The notes under the pieces were generated by a model. The model saw nothing but the letters and a program-made list of their open reading frames with translations, was not told the origin of the DNA and did not search any database. A program made the position numbers and the translations under genes. Below, in pieces: positions 13,701-26,434 of a stretch of DNA of 64,000 bases. Each line of letters opens with the position of its first letter. The first letter of the stretch is position 1. Source of the stretch: Heterodontus francisci (taxonomy: Eukaryota); contig NC_090404.1 in NCBI RefSeq assembly GCF_036365525.1, positions 41,721,497 through 41,785,496 of the forward strand. The letters are read 5' to 3'.

Positions 13701-14797
13701 TTGTCCCTGCTTGGTATGTCTTGGCAGATTGTGAATGGACCATTTCTTAAAATGTCAGAAATAGGGCCTCAGAGAAATTGATTTGCAGGCAGATATGATC
13801 TCGCGGGAACAAACCTCCAGAGGAATTCTTAACCATGGGTTGAAAAAAGGCATCAGATTTACAACACTTTTCCTGACATGTGTTAAAGGGCAGTCACAGT
13901 GTTCTTTATTTTCCATTGGGGTTTTACATGGATATAAGGCCCTGAGACTATGTCAGAAATCATTGCAGATCTTCCTTGTTTTACATTGGTAAAGGAAGAT
14001 GTACCGCTATGCTCCTCTGGGCGCCATATGTAGAGAGAACGTAAAGATGCTCTTGGAGATTTCCTCTGTTATGCATCAGTAACGAAATCATTACCACATT
14101 CAGTGACGATCGCTTCCTGATTCCGTAAGAAATGCTGAGCAGATGAAATTTTCACAAATACAGCTGGGTTATCAATGCAAACAGCGACCAGAGGAATTCT
14201 TACTCTTTCTACAGATTTTATTTGCAATCTGTACAACCACGTGATTTTTGGATTATTTCAATGCGTTTTTTGTTCTTGCCCAGAGGGAATCCCTGGACCC
14301 TCTGTGCAGCCCAATCCAAGATTAACGGGGAAGATCCACACCCATGGAAGTGTGTCTACAAGCTCACAATCGTGGTAGGAATGTTTATCTGTTTACTATT
14401 CCCAGTGACATCGTGATCACATATTTAGCTAATAACAGACAGAGGAAACACTCCCACTATTTCAAGATGCTGCTAACACATAATAATAATTTCTCCTCAG
14501 TTTAGTTTAATTGAATCTGCGGGATTTTCCCAGTTCACTGGTTTGTTGCTTTTACGAGGAATTCTATTTAACACTACTACATAATGAAGCAAGAGTTAAG
14601 GCATGAGGTATTGGTAGAAAATGAAGCAAACAGTTTTCATGGTTTGGCTGAGACTATATAAGATGAAGTGGTGCAGTGGAGCAGACAATAACAGTGAGAA
14701 AGTGAAGCAATTCAGTCCCGTCTGTCCTCAGCATCTGATGAAAGTTCCCACTCAAGCCTTGAATACAAACCGGAAGTGCCTTCTGGCAAAACAGCCG

Positions 14798-14806
14798 CTA
14801 GTTCAC
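14798..14806 (-). CDS. IgNAR: IgNAR TM2 exon (GTG AAC TAG; cytoplasmic tail K-V-N)
   Basis: Strong acceptor ttctgcttattttttcactgcag followed by Val-Asn-stop in phase 0, as expected for an Ig M2 exon. Confidence 0.75.
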   Translation of the reverse strand: MN

Positions 14807-16229
14807 CTGCAGTGAAAAAATAAGCAGAATGATAAACCAGTGAGTACCAGAGTGAGACAGCTAAGGTGTAATTACACTGAATAGTCAAAAGCATGCAACC
14901 TAAAGCAAAATGATTGGCTACTGTTATGAAATGGGAGGATATTTCTGAACTTTCACAGCTACCCTCTAAAAATGATTGACCACAAGCCCTGAGTCCTGAA
15001 AGCCTCACTAGTCGTGTATCTCCGTGAGTGTTTAAATTACAAGGGAATCATTTGTTACCTGTCATACATAGATACAATTTCCAGTAAAATACAACTGTTC
15101 ATGTGAATTGTTGCTGAACTCAGAACGAATCTAGTATCGTCTCTAAGTTTCCAAGCCTTCCGGTGAAGTGTTTAGAGGTATTGTTCTCACGCGGTGAGTA
15201 AGTGTATGCAGTTCTGACTTAATGTTATGTACCATGTCCTATGTTTTAGATAATACTTTGATTTCAAATGAGCGATATTACAGCTAAATTGTAAAACATG
15301 CCGGAATTGCGGGAGTAGAAAAGTGCAGTTGGTTGAAGTAAAGAACGTTCCCTGTAGTGCGATCAAAGGACTGGAGAGATGCTCAAAGGCATTGTAGTAT
15401 TATTAATGGCTGATATGTGTAAAGACAGCGTGATAATGCAGATTTACACTCTATATTTGAAATAAGGAATGAAGAATTGATAAGGACAGTAGGAAATTAA
15501 GGGTAGAATGACTGACATTGGAAGAGGAACTGAATTACAGTCTCGCACCCTTGTCTAATTATCTCCAACTCTCTATCTGTGAAGACAACACTTACTCTCG
15601 ATTTTCCTTCTGTAATGCCATGGGAATTCTATACGTGTGAGTATGCAAGAAATAGAGTTAGGTAGATGCACATATAGAGAGAGGGAGATGGAAAAAGAAA
15701 GAAAAGACACGCTATCATTCACATTTTACTATAATTGTTTACATTTTGATGAATTGCAGCTTATTTAGTTTTAGGCACATTTTCTGACTCTCTGTCAAAA
15801 GTAGTGTCACTGCAATGGCTTTCCACAGAGTTAAACCCAAATGTAATCTACGAGTTAAGCCTCAATTTAAGAGGGCAGGATTAATTGGGCAATGAGCTAG
15901 TATGAATCCTGTCTTCATCTGGAGGTTCTGACTGGTTCCAATTCTAATAGTTTGACTTTGATCATGTTCTTTTTCCATGAAAAGCAATCTCCTAGAATGC
16001 TATAAATCCTACACTATAATGCTCCAAGCAGTTTAGATAACGTATGGTCCATTTGTTTTTGAAGGCAGTAGCAAAATATTACTTTTGTTGTTGTTTATCA
16101 TTGTCCTTATCCTCCACTGATGTGGACCCACACTCTATTTTAAATGCAATTGAGGCAGCATAGAATTGAATGTAACCTATTGATTTAGGTAGGGAATTGG
16201 TGACGATGTCAGAGACAAAGAGTAGTTGA

Positions 16230-17660
16230 TAATAGGAATATGTTCCATTTGAAGAATGTGACAAGTGAAGTTCCTAGGGGATCTGTACGGGTCGATCAGT
16301 TTTTCAGTATATTTATCAACGATGTAGATGAAAAGAGGGCAGGAGATCCAAGTTTACTAACGACACTAAGTAGAGCGGTAAATAGTGTAGATGGGAACAG
16401 GACGTTGCAAAGGGACTTTAGTGGATTAAATGATTAGTCAAAACAGTGGTAAATGAAATTCCGTGTGGGGAAATGTGAGGCATTTAGTTTGGAGTTGAGG
16501 AAGACAGATCAGATTTTTAAAACATGATGAGAATCTGGGAATTGTGGAGGTGCAGAGAAATTTAGGCGTCCAATTGTAGAAATCACGACATACTTGCGGA
16601 CAGGTATGAACAATGATTAAAAGGTTGTTTTCTATTTCAAGGGGGTTGGAATTCAAAGGGGTGGAAGTTCTTCTGTATTTGTATAAAGCTCTGACACAGA
16701 TGGGGAGACAGTTTTTGGCAAACGATGCAGGGGAATATATATATATTTTTACGCAGCGGGTGGTAATGAAGTAGAACTTGCTGCTCAAAGGGTGGTGGAA
16801 GGAGAGATGATCAATGACTTCAAGAAGAAGTTAGACGGCCACCTGAGAGAAATAGGCTTACAGGGCTATGGGGATTGAGCTGGGAAGTGGGACACATAGA
16901 TACATGGAGAACCGGCATTGGCTCAATAGGCTGAATGGTCTCCTTCTCTGCTGTAAATGACTCTATGACTCTATAATTATTACACTCAGTTATGGGCACA
17001 GACCCTCAGGAGAGATATATTGGTTTTGAAGAGGGTGCAGCATTAATTGTCCATACTGGGGCTGAAAGCATTGCAATTATGAGGACAGGTTGCATAGATT
17101 CGGATTGTGTTTTCTTAAATAGAAAAGATTAAGTGGTCATCTATTTGAGCTAAAAACAAGGAATGCTAGAAATACTCAGCGGGTCTGGCAGCATCTGTGG
17201 AGAGAGAAGCTTCCCTCTGCTTCTCTCTCCACAGAAGCTGCCAGACCTGCTGAGTATTACCAGCATTTCTTGTTTTTATTTCCGATTTCCAGCATCTGCA
17301 GTATTTTGCTTTCATCTCATTGAGCTGTTTAGTATGACTGAAAAATTTGTTAGGCTACATACTACATAGAGAGAAATTCTATCCTTTGATGAGGGAGTCC
17401 AGAACAAGGCAGGAATAATATTAAAATTAGCGCTAGGCCGTTCGGGGATAATGCCAGGAAATATTTCTTCATACAAACGCTTGTGGAAATCTGGAATTCT
17501 TTTCCCTAAAAGCTGTTGAGGTTGGGATCCAATTAAAAAAATTCAAAACCCAAGGTTGATACGTTTTTGTTAGGTAAGATTATTAAAAGACATGGAACGA
17601 AGTTGTATATATCTAGTTAAGATACGGAGCAGCCATTTTGTAACTCAGTTGCGGAGCAGG
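16230..17660 (+). mobile_element. Degenerate nested CR1 fragments in the TM1-TM2 intron
   Basis: RT-like remnants (VTSEVPRGSV, IFIND) and CR1 3' UTR motifs. Confidence 0.7.
17152..17311. mobile_element. Penelope-like inverted-repeat fragment within a CR1 remnant
   Basis: Arms 17152-17209 and 17218-17277 are reverse complements. Near-TSD tcatctatttgagct / tcatctcattgagct. Confidence 0.7.
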
Positions 17661-18636
17661 TTCGTCGATTTAACTGCTGCAATTTTCTCCTATCCTTCCA
17701 TGGCCAATGTTTCCCATGTTCCTGTGTAACAACCTCACATGCACTTTTAACTTATTTATTTTTCTTTATGTATCTAAAGAACATTTGATATCATCCTTCA
17801 CATCCCCAGCAATTGTTTCTTACCACACATTGCATTTTATAATTTCATTATCTCTTTTTTTTGCTGGTTTTATAATGCTGCCGGCTGTCAAACCTGACAA
17901 TCTTTTCACCTTAACCTTCCATATTTTGGTTTGATACTTGCATGAATTGTTGTCTTTCAAGGTAATGTGATCCCCCATTTAGAATTTCTCTTCCTGTGAT
18001 TGTGTAAGTTGTGTTCGCTGATCAACTTCTTGAATACATTGCACCGTTTTTTCATCGATTTAACAACTGCAATTTTCTCCTGTCCTTCCATGGTCAATGC
18101 TTTCTTCATCACTTCACAGTTATCAGCATCCCATCATTCTGAAATCATGCTTTCCAGCTCTCTTCATGGTGATCCAGCTTTACTTGCAAACCTTTGCTTT
18201 GGTCGTCCTTTCGCTCTCTCTCTCTCTCAAAACTATTATGTTCATTATTCTCGGGATGGTTCGCTAACTATTTCTGACTTATTACTCATAAACATTTAGT
18301 GAATCTTTTTCCTGTTGTTTTGCTTCTAATGACCGACAATCTATTTGTAAAGTAATTCTTTCCATTATTGATGTGCGCTGCTTCCTATATGTTATATTAA
18401 TTCTCGTCTGCATGTATTCCTCGGCTAAGTCATCTTCTTCAGGAAGTTTAGTCAATGTGCCATTTAATCACATGGAAAGGACTGATGAAGTCCAATCTTA
18501 AACTGTGGGACCTGAGGAATTATTATTCTTTTGGGATATTTAGTTCATTATTTTCAACTTAGCTACATCCAAGGTATAAACCCAACTTCCTAGTCAATTT
18601 GCACAATGTCACAGTGTTATTGAAATTTGTTATTAC

Positions 18637-18794
18637 CTTAAGGACGGTTACAAATGTGCTGTACAATATACTGAGGATAAACAGGATGATAAAAGCGAAC
18701 ACTGTTGAAGCAGAGCTTGCATCCTCATCGAAGTTTTCTAATCCTTCTTCCTCTACCTCGAGGTCTTCTGGATTTTCCATTATTTGAGGAGTTT
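18637..18794 (-). CDS. IgNAR: IgNAR TM1 exon (acidic spacer plus transmembrane helix)
   Basis: Acceptor ttattctag, ETPQIMENPEDLEVEEEGLENFDEDASSASTVFAFIILFILSILYSTFVTVLK, donor GTAATA. The TM helix matches the conserved antigen-receptor TM motif (F..LF.LS..YST.VT..K). Confidence 0.93.
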
Positions 18795-19419
18795 CTAGAA
18801 TAAATAGATGGATATTGGTATAAATGTGTTCATGGTGTAAACAGAATACATACAAAGAACTGCACTAACCTGAAAACCGGCAATCACGAGGTAAATGATG
18901 CATCAGAAGCTGAATGACCGAATATGAGAAAGTAGCTCAAACGTCAACCAGCCCGATGCCCGTTAAAGTGAATTTCTGAACAATGGAGAAAGGCATGTAT
19001 TGTGTGGTGATAGTCGAGGTCAGGCAGAGTATACAGGAGAGAGGATTGATTAAAGACGTTATATATCCATCCTTTTCATGTTCCAGTAGGGAAAAAATGC
19101 TTTATGACACTGATAAGAGCGTGTGATTAAACTTAATTTGTCTTTTGACAGCTGATAATGACAATAATTAATGAAAATCTACTTAAAAGAAATAAACTCG
19201 GCAACTTTTGAACAGAAGTGTGTCCTGATTATAGAATTAAATCCCTTGCAGTTCACATGCGAAATTTAGTTCCGAAATCAGCACGAAAACTGAAGCGGGC
19301 TGATATTTTGGCTTAAGATGCATCTTTGCCTGATCAGCGCAGTTTATGTTCGAAAGCTAAAATCTATCAACATTTTGCAGCAAAGTAGATTCAGACAAGC
19401 TTCATTTTTTCTGCCGTTC

Positions 19420-19766
19420 ACACTCTCTCTCCACTGATGCTTCGTCTTTAATTACAAGCATTAACACACTCTGCCTTTATCCCAGGACAGCTTTGTTACT
19501 TAACCTCTCCTGCCCTCTGCCCTATCACAGACCTTTCCCTTTGTTCTCTTCCCCACTACCCCACCACCATACCCTCCCCACCCCCTCCTTCACTTAGTTA
19601 AAACATAATTCTTTTCTAACCTTTGCCAGTTCTGATGAAAGGTCACTGACCTGAAACTTTAACTCTGCTTCTGTCTCCACAGATACTGTCTAACCTGTTG
19701 AGTATTTCCAGCACTTTCTGTTTTTATTTCAGATTTCCAGCATCTACAGTATTATGCTTTTATTTT
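19420..19766 (+). mobile_element. Penelope-like 3' fragment with hammerhead motif
   Basis: CTGATGA-aaggtcactgacct-GAAA at 19632-19656, followed by the same tail as the copies at 1270 and 35410. Confidence 0.7.
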
Positions 19767-20109
19767 AGATAAAGACAAGTTCTGTTTTAGGATTTCAATT
19801 CATTATTTTACATTACCATCTGCACAATAAGGTTAGACCCATCTCACTGTTAATAGATTCAGTTGTTATTTACCAGGCTGGTGCTGCCATACTCTTAGGT
19901 TTCATACTCAAGATTTGATATATTACTGTTACAATTATCTATTTACTCGGCTGGTATTGTATTGTGGAATCAATAGCACATCATATCGTATATTCCTATA
20001 AGATGTCTCCAATATTCTGGAACAGAAACACAAAATGTCTGGTTACTTTATGCTTTCTGTCTTGGATTCAGCGATAAAACTGAAGTTAACAATTCCCTTC
20101 TTCTGACAA

Positions 20110-21350
20110 TCATAGAACCATCAAATCATAGAATCCTTGCAGCACTGAAGGAGATCATTCAGACTGCAGTATCCATGCTGGATCGCTGCCAGAGCAACTC
20201 ACCTAGTCCCACTCCCCTGCTTGTTCCTATAGCACTGCATTTCCTTTTTCTCTTCAGGTGCTTATCCAATTGTGAGGACAGTTTTGAATCCTTTTGGATT
20301 GAATCTGCTTCCACCACACTCTCAGGGAATACATACCAGATCATAACCACTCGCTGCATAAAAAAGGTTTTCCCTCTCTGGAACCATTCTCATAAATGTT
20401 TTCCACATCTTTTCTAATGTCTTCACATCCTTCCTAAACTGTGGTTCCCAGAATTTGGCGCAGTACTCCAGTTAAGATCGAAACAGTGTTTTATAAAGGT
20501 TCACCATAACTTCCTTTCTTTCATACTCTGTGCCTTTATTTATAAGGCCTAGGATCCCGTCTGCCTTTCTTTATGCACTTTCTCAACCTGCTCTGCCACC
20601 TTCAACGAATTGTGCACGTATACCCCCAGGTCTCTCTCATCCTGAATCCCCTTTAGAATTTTACCCTTTAGTTTCCATTGGCTTTCCTCGTTTTTCCTAG
20701 CAAAATTTATCACTTCACATCTCTGAATTATGTTTAATCTGCCACTTGTCCGCCCATTACAATAGGCTGTCTATTCCCTCTTGAAGTCTATCACCATCTT
20801 TCTCACAATTCACAATATTGCCCAGTTTTGTCTCATTCGCAAATTTTAAAATTGTGTCCGGCACAACATAGTCATGGTCATTAATATCTGTCAAGTAAAG
20901 CAGTGGTCCTAGTACTGACCCCCTGGAGAACTTCACTTTATATGCTCCTACAATTTGAAAAAGAACCATTCACCACTATTCTCTGATTCCTATAACTCAG
21001 CCAACTTTGTATCCATGCTGCCACTATCCCTATTATTCCATGGGTTTTAACTTTGTGGAAAAGCATCTTATGTAGCACTTTAAGAAACGCCTTTTGGAAT
21101 TCTATATACATCACATCAGATGCATTACCTTCATCAACCTTCTCTGCTACCTCATCAAAAACTCAATCAAGTTAGTCAAACACGATTTTACCTTAACAAA
21201 TCCTTGCTGTCTTTCCTTAAATATTCCACATTTGTCCAAGCGACTGTTAATTTTGTCCTGGATCAGCGTTTCTAAAAAGCATTCCCACCATTACAGTTAA
21301 AATGACTAGCCTGTTGTTGCTGGACTTATCTAATATCATTTATTGAACAG
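20110..21350 (-). mobile_element. Degenerate CR1 fragment
   Basis: GSVLGPLL...KFANETKLG remnants (20757-20969) and C-terminal remnants (20159-20359). Confidence 0.75.
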
Positions 21351-22034
21351 CAGTGTATTTCAAGTCAAGTCTTGGCTTATGTAGTTATAGGGTTATGGTA
21401 ATCCTAGCCGAGGCATCTTTGTGTGTGTGGGGGGTGGGGGTGTGTGGCTGTTGGGGGAGGTAGAGGGGAGGGGGGGATATCTTATGTGATTAGAGGGCTA
21501 CCTTTATATTTGCATTACGTTCAGACTGTTGGAACCTGAGTCCAAAATTATCATAACCACAGGCGTCACTGACCTGACGTAGAGTAAATGTTGTCATATT
21601 ATAAATCCAAAGATCTCAAATCCTGGGTTACAGTCAGAAGTTTTATTCTAGATTGAACTGACAGGTCATATCTTCTTAACAACAGCTGACCAGGGGATAA
21701 ATTCAACACCCCAAGCAAATCCTCCTAATTTTACAATGTGAAAGCGAGAGCTGAACATGGGTTGGTTATACGTGTCCATATGCGCTTCCTTAGCTGATGA
21801 GATATTGTGGGATTAGGCGACCCAGAGATAGTTTGATAACAAAGTGAAATACAGCCTGCTAACACTGCACAACCGGACGTGAGCCAACTCTAATGAATGA
21901 AGCGGGGTCCACTCACAAATAGGCATCATGAGAAACACAGATACCAATTTGCTGACTAAATTAGTGCATCTGACCACAAGCTGAATGAACAGCATCCATC
22001 ATGCATCGATGGCAGAGTAAGATACACTGCTCAC

Positions 22035-23370
22035 CACCTCACCGAGGCAACCTCCAGCGTGGAGAGACATAACTCCCCATAGAACAGCCGTTCCTCCACT
22101 CAACGAGACATTTTCCTTCAAGAATAGATACCACAATCCATAGCACATAGATTCCTCTACTCACAGAAGCATTCTCTAGTTGGATAGATACCAGACCCCA
22201 TAGAAAAGCGGCGAATCCACGCACTGAGACACATTCAGCAGAGAGAGAGACCACAGTCCAGATGTTCCCCGATTCACCAAGACATCCTCAGTACGGACAG
22301 ATACCGCATCCCAGAGACCAGAGGTCTACCACTCACTGAGACACACTCTAACATGGACAGAAATTCAGCCCATACAATATCGGTTCCCCTACTCATCGAG
22401 ACGTCTTCCTGCATAGGTAGGATATCACCCCCCCCCACTATACAGAGACTCCCCCACTCAAAGGGCCATCCTCCAACATGGATAGCTATCGCATCCCATA
22501 TAGCATGGATTATCCCACTCACCACCACACTCTCCAGCATGAATAGGTAGAGAACATGGATTATCCCACTCACTGAGACACCTGCAGCATCGATAGAATC
22601 CACAGGCTATAGAACATGGATTCCCCACTCACCGAGACACACTTCAGCACAGATAGACACCACATCCCATAGAACAGCTGCTCCCCCACGAACGGAGACA
22701 CCCTCCAACAGAGAGAGAGATACCACACCCTATAGGACAGTGGTTTCCCCACTCACTGAAACATTCTTTAGCATAGATGGATACCATACCCCATCAAACA
22801 TCAGTTGCTTCACTCACTGAGACATACTCCAGCATGGATGCCTAACAAACCTTATAGAACAGTAGTTCCCCCAGTCGTCAAAATATCCTACAGCAGGGAG
22901 AAAAACCACGCGCCAAGGAACAAGTGATCCCTCACTCACTGTGACACCCTCCAGCATGGATAGTTACCACATTCCATTGAACAGACGTTCCCCCACTCAC
23001 TAAGACACACTCCAGGAAGGAGAGATACCACATCTCATCGAACAACGGTTGCCTCACTCACTGAGGCACACGCCTGCATGGATAGATACCACATCTCATA
23101 GAACAGCGCTCCCCCCACCCTACCGCCCCCCGCCCCCCTTCACCGAGACATTCTCCAGAGTGGAGAGACGCCGGACCTCAAAGAACAGCGGTTCTTCCAC
23201 TCAATCAGGCAGCCTCCAACATGGCGAGTTAACCGCAACCCAGAGAACAGCGGTTCCCAAATCAGCGAGACAGCCTCCTTCTTAGACCGATACCACACAT
23301 CTGAACAGTGCTTCCGCCACTCATACAGATACAATCCTGTATGGATCCCATGAAACAGCTGTTGCAGCTT
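22035..23370. repeat. Degenerate ~61-bp tandem array (~22 units) in the C5-TM1 intron
   Basis: Recurring unit ~ccccactcactgagacaccctccagcatggatagataccacatcccatagaacagcggtt. ACTCAC anchors at 22751, 22812, 22934, 22995 and 23056 are spaced in multiples of 61. Confidence 0.9.
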
Positions 23371-24129
23371 CTGACTCGGCTGGCTAGTCACAGTAATTAG
23401 GCAAAGTGCGTTACGTTAAAGAACGGTCTGATTTCTCCTTGAGAAGATAATGCAACACCAAAAATGATCGGATCAGCTGTCTCACTGCAGGCTGCAATTC
23501 GCTGTGAATACAGGTTAGCTTCCCATTCGAAAAACTGTCGGATCCTGTGCTGCACTTTAACTGACCATTATGAGAAGATGAGTAGATTCCACTTCATACA
23601 TAGCCTTTCACGGCTTCCAGAGGTCACAAAGCTGTATGTCCAAATAATTACTTTTTTAATGTTTGATAAACTACATCACAGTCAATTAACCCAGAACCAC
23701 GCCCAAAAAGCAGCAATGTGGTCAATGGGAATTTAGTCTAATAAGTGTTGCTCTGGGAGCCGCCGGCAGAGCTCGCTAATCCTTCAATATACCCAGGGTA
23801 TCTTTAACATCTACCCGAACAACCAGACGAGGCCACGGAGCAGCATTTTATCTGGAAAACCGCACCCGCTGTTGCGTGGAATTGTCAGCCTGGATTAGAA
23901 ACCGAAGTCAGGCAGAGGAGCTTGAACCCACTGGAGTTGAAATCCCTCTCAGGCGGTGACGCCGTCACTTGAGGCGAATTTCTACCCACAATATTGTGAT
24001 TCAGAAGCCCGGCAGCTGACAATGAGCTCAAATGACACTAAAGTGCTGAGGATATTCCAACGTCAAGTCATACCTTGGAAACAAAAGCTTTTGAAACTGC
24101 ACAGATTAATAGTTCAATACAACAATAAC

Positions 24130-24770
24130 ATTGCCATCAACATCTTGGGGGTTACCATTGACCAGAAAATGAACTGGAGCAGTCGCATAATTACTATGGC
24201 TCCAGGAACAGGTCAGATGCTGGGAATTCTGCAGTGAGTAACAACTTCTGCCTCCCCAATGTCTGTCTACAGGAGTGTGATGGAATAGTCTCCACTTGCC
24301 TGGATGGGTGCACGTTCAACAACATTCAAAAAGCTCGACAACATCCAGGACAAAGCAATCTTCTTGGTTGGTGCCCAAAACACAAACATTCACTCCCTCC
24401 ACCACTGACACAGAGTGGCAGCAGCGTGTATAATACACAAGGTGCACTGCAGCCGCCCACCAAAGCTCCTCAAACAATAGCTTTCCAAACCAACAGCCTC
24501 TATCACCTAAAAGGACAAAGGCAGCAGATGCATGGGAACACCACCGCCTGCAAGTTCCCCACCAAGCCACACACCATCTTGACCTGGAACTATATCGCTG
24601 TTCCTTCACTGTCACTGGGTCAAAATCCTGGAACTCCCTTCCTAACAGCATTGTGGGTATATCTACAGCAGATGGACTGCAGTGGCTCATGAAGGCAGCT
24701 CATCAACACCAACTCAAAGTCAACTAAGGCTGGTCTTAACATTGATGCACATATCCCATCAAATAATAAA
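24130..24770 (+). mobile_element. Non-LTR retrotransposon 3' fragment (same family as 49855-50640, minus)
   Basis: INILGVTIDQKMNWSS RT C-terminal remnant, homologous to the ORF at 49896-50336. Confidence 0.7.
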
Positions 24771-25279
24771 AACAAATCAGAGTCAGCGGAGTGGTTGAAA
24801 GAGGTGATGGTGAGATAGAGCTGGGTGTCAGCAGCGTACATGTGGACTCTGATTTTGGATGATGTCACCCAGAGACAGCATGTATGTGAGCAATAGGAGA
24901 GGACCAGGGATAGATCCTCATGGAACTCCAGAGATACTGGTGCGGGAGCTGGTGGAGATCTCGCTGAAGATCTAGCTATGACTGGATAAGTAAGAGTGAA
25001 TACAAGCAATCACTAGTTTTGGTAAATTATTGTCGTACTAAATAGTGACTGGATGTTGTTCTACCTTTACTCATACCGATTTACAACTAGATACATCATT
25101 GGCCAAATGTAAACCACAAGAGCTCTGGAAGCTGCAAACACGGTAAGGAGTAGTGTAATCTGTTTGAAAGCACCCTTTGTATCTCTAAAAATGGGGGAAT
25201 GGAAACGTGTTGCACAGCTGGAAGATTAGACAATGTATATCATACATATTTGGATCAAGTTTAAAATGAAGATCGTGAA

Positions 25280-25338
25280 AGTAACACGCACACAAACGAC
25301 AAATAGGGGAGCCAGCAAGTTTTCATTCAGCATTTATT
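25280..25338 (-). terminator. Secretory-form poly(A) signal with GT-rich downstream element
   Basis: AATAAA at 25338-25333, about 320 nt after the tailpiece stop, followed on the minus strand by TTTGTCGTTTGTGTGCGTGTT. Confidence 0.7.
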
Positions 25339-25654
25339 GCAATTAGCGGATCCACATACAGACTAAAGCACAATTTCCTATTCATCCAATAACATCACTA
25401 AACCCTTCAAGGGATCTTCAAAACGATTGCAGCTGTGTTAAGGTTATCCAGGGTTATCGGATTCTAACCAAAGCAATCCTTCATTGACTGATATGGTTTC
25501 ATATATTACTGAAATATCTCAACAATTATTCGTCGACATAGAGGGTGACAGTGACATGTGATAAACAGGAGATTCACTGACTCAGATACTCAAACAGTTA
25601 TGAACATCACAACAGTAACACATCTATGGGAAACAGATATTCACCCACACTGGG

Positions 25655-26037
25655 TTATGTACATGATTTAACACTGTCAGATAGGACAAGTGAAACATTA
25701 ACTGAAGTAGGTTTACCATAAGATTTATTTATGCTTCTGCGTAAATCCCTTTGGAGGGACGGGTGTCCCACTAAACAGGTGTACGTGGTGCCGCTGTTCC
25801 ACTCCACTGCAGTGAGTTTCAATCTGCTGGCAATGGAGCTGGAACCATTTCTCTTCTTGATCTCTGCTTGGCTAGGAGAACCTGAATCCAAAAGGGTGTC
25901 ATTGGCCATCCAAGCGATGTAAATCTCAGCAGGATAAAAACCAGTGACTAGACACACCAGAGTAGCCGTCTGCTCAGTGCCTATCTCTTCCGCTGATGGA
26001 AGTAGAACGTAGACTTTAGGAGGATGCATTTCACCAA
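25655..26037 (-). CDS. IgNAR: IgNAR C5 exon plus secretory tailpiece
   Basis: Acceptor ctttacag, VGEMHPPKVYVLLPS...YTCLVGHPSL...SINKSY. An internal donor (G|GTAAAC, exon end 25717) serves the membrane form. Tailpiece GKPTSVNVSLVLSDSVKSCT* has an NVS glycan site and penultimate Cys. Confidence 0.96.
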
Positions 26038-26434
26038 CTGTAAAGAGAGAAATATTGGTTAAACTGAGTCTGTTTCTTCTTCAGTCTTCACTTCATGTTC
26101 CCCTTTTCTGGAAATAATGTGCATTCGGGCATTTGGAATAGTTTCTGAACTGTGAGAGTTTACATATTTCTCTACTTGTTCATGGGTGCCTTTAATTTTC
26201 TTTATTTTGGTGGTTTTTCAATGTGGTCTGACGTTAGATTGCAAAGAGTTGGAGACAATCAAAAAGCACTGACGCTGTTTGGATGCAACAGTGTCAAACC
26301 GCTTCTATTTTTTCATACTATTTTTTACCCGTCTGGTGACTTCCCAGGTCCCAGATGACATAGGAACATTTAGTGAAGAAACTGGGTATTTGTTAACATC
26401 ATTTATCATCTGACCGAGTATTATCTGTGCTTAC

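Noticed and set aside
17666-18099. 45-bp duplication (17666-17710 vs 18055-18099)
   Set aside because: It sits at a CR1 remnant boundary and is most likely insertion or repair debris.
18559-18636. TM1 read-through as an extended cytoplasmic tail (VITNFNNTVTLCKLTRKLGLYLGCS)
   Set aside because: A good donor and a proper TM2 exon exist, and no signalling motif is recognisable.
22035-23391. Array as a CRISPR array or as a coding (mucin/hinge) exon
   Set aside because: The context is eukaryotic with no constant-repeat/unique-spacer pattern. The 61-nt unit breaks frame and the ORFs are short and inconsistent.
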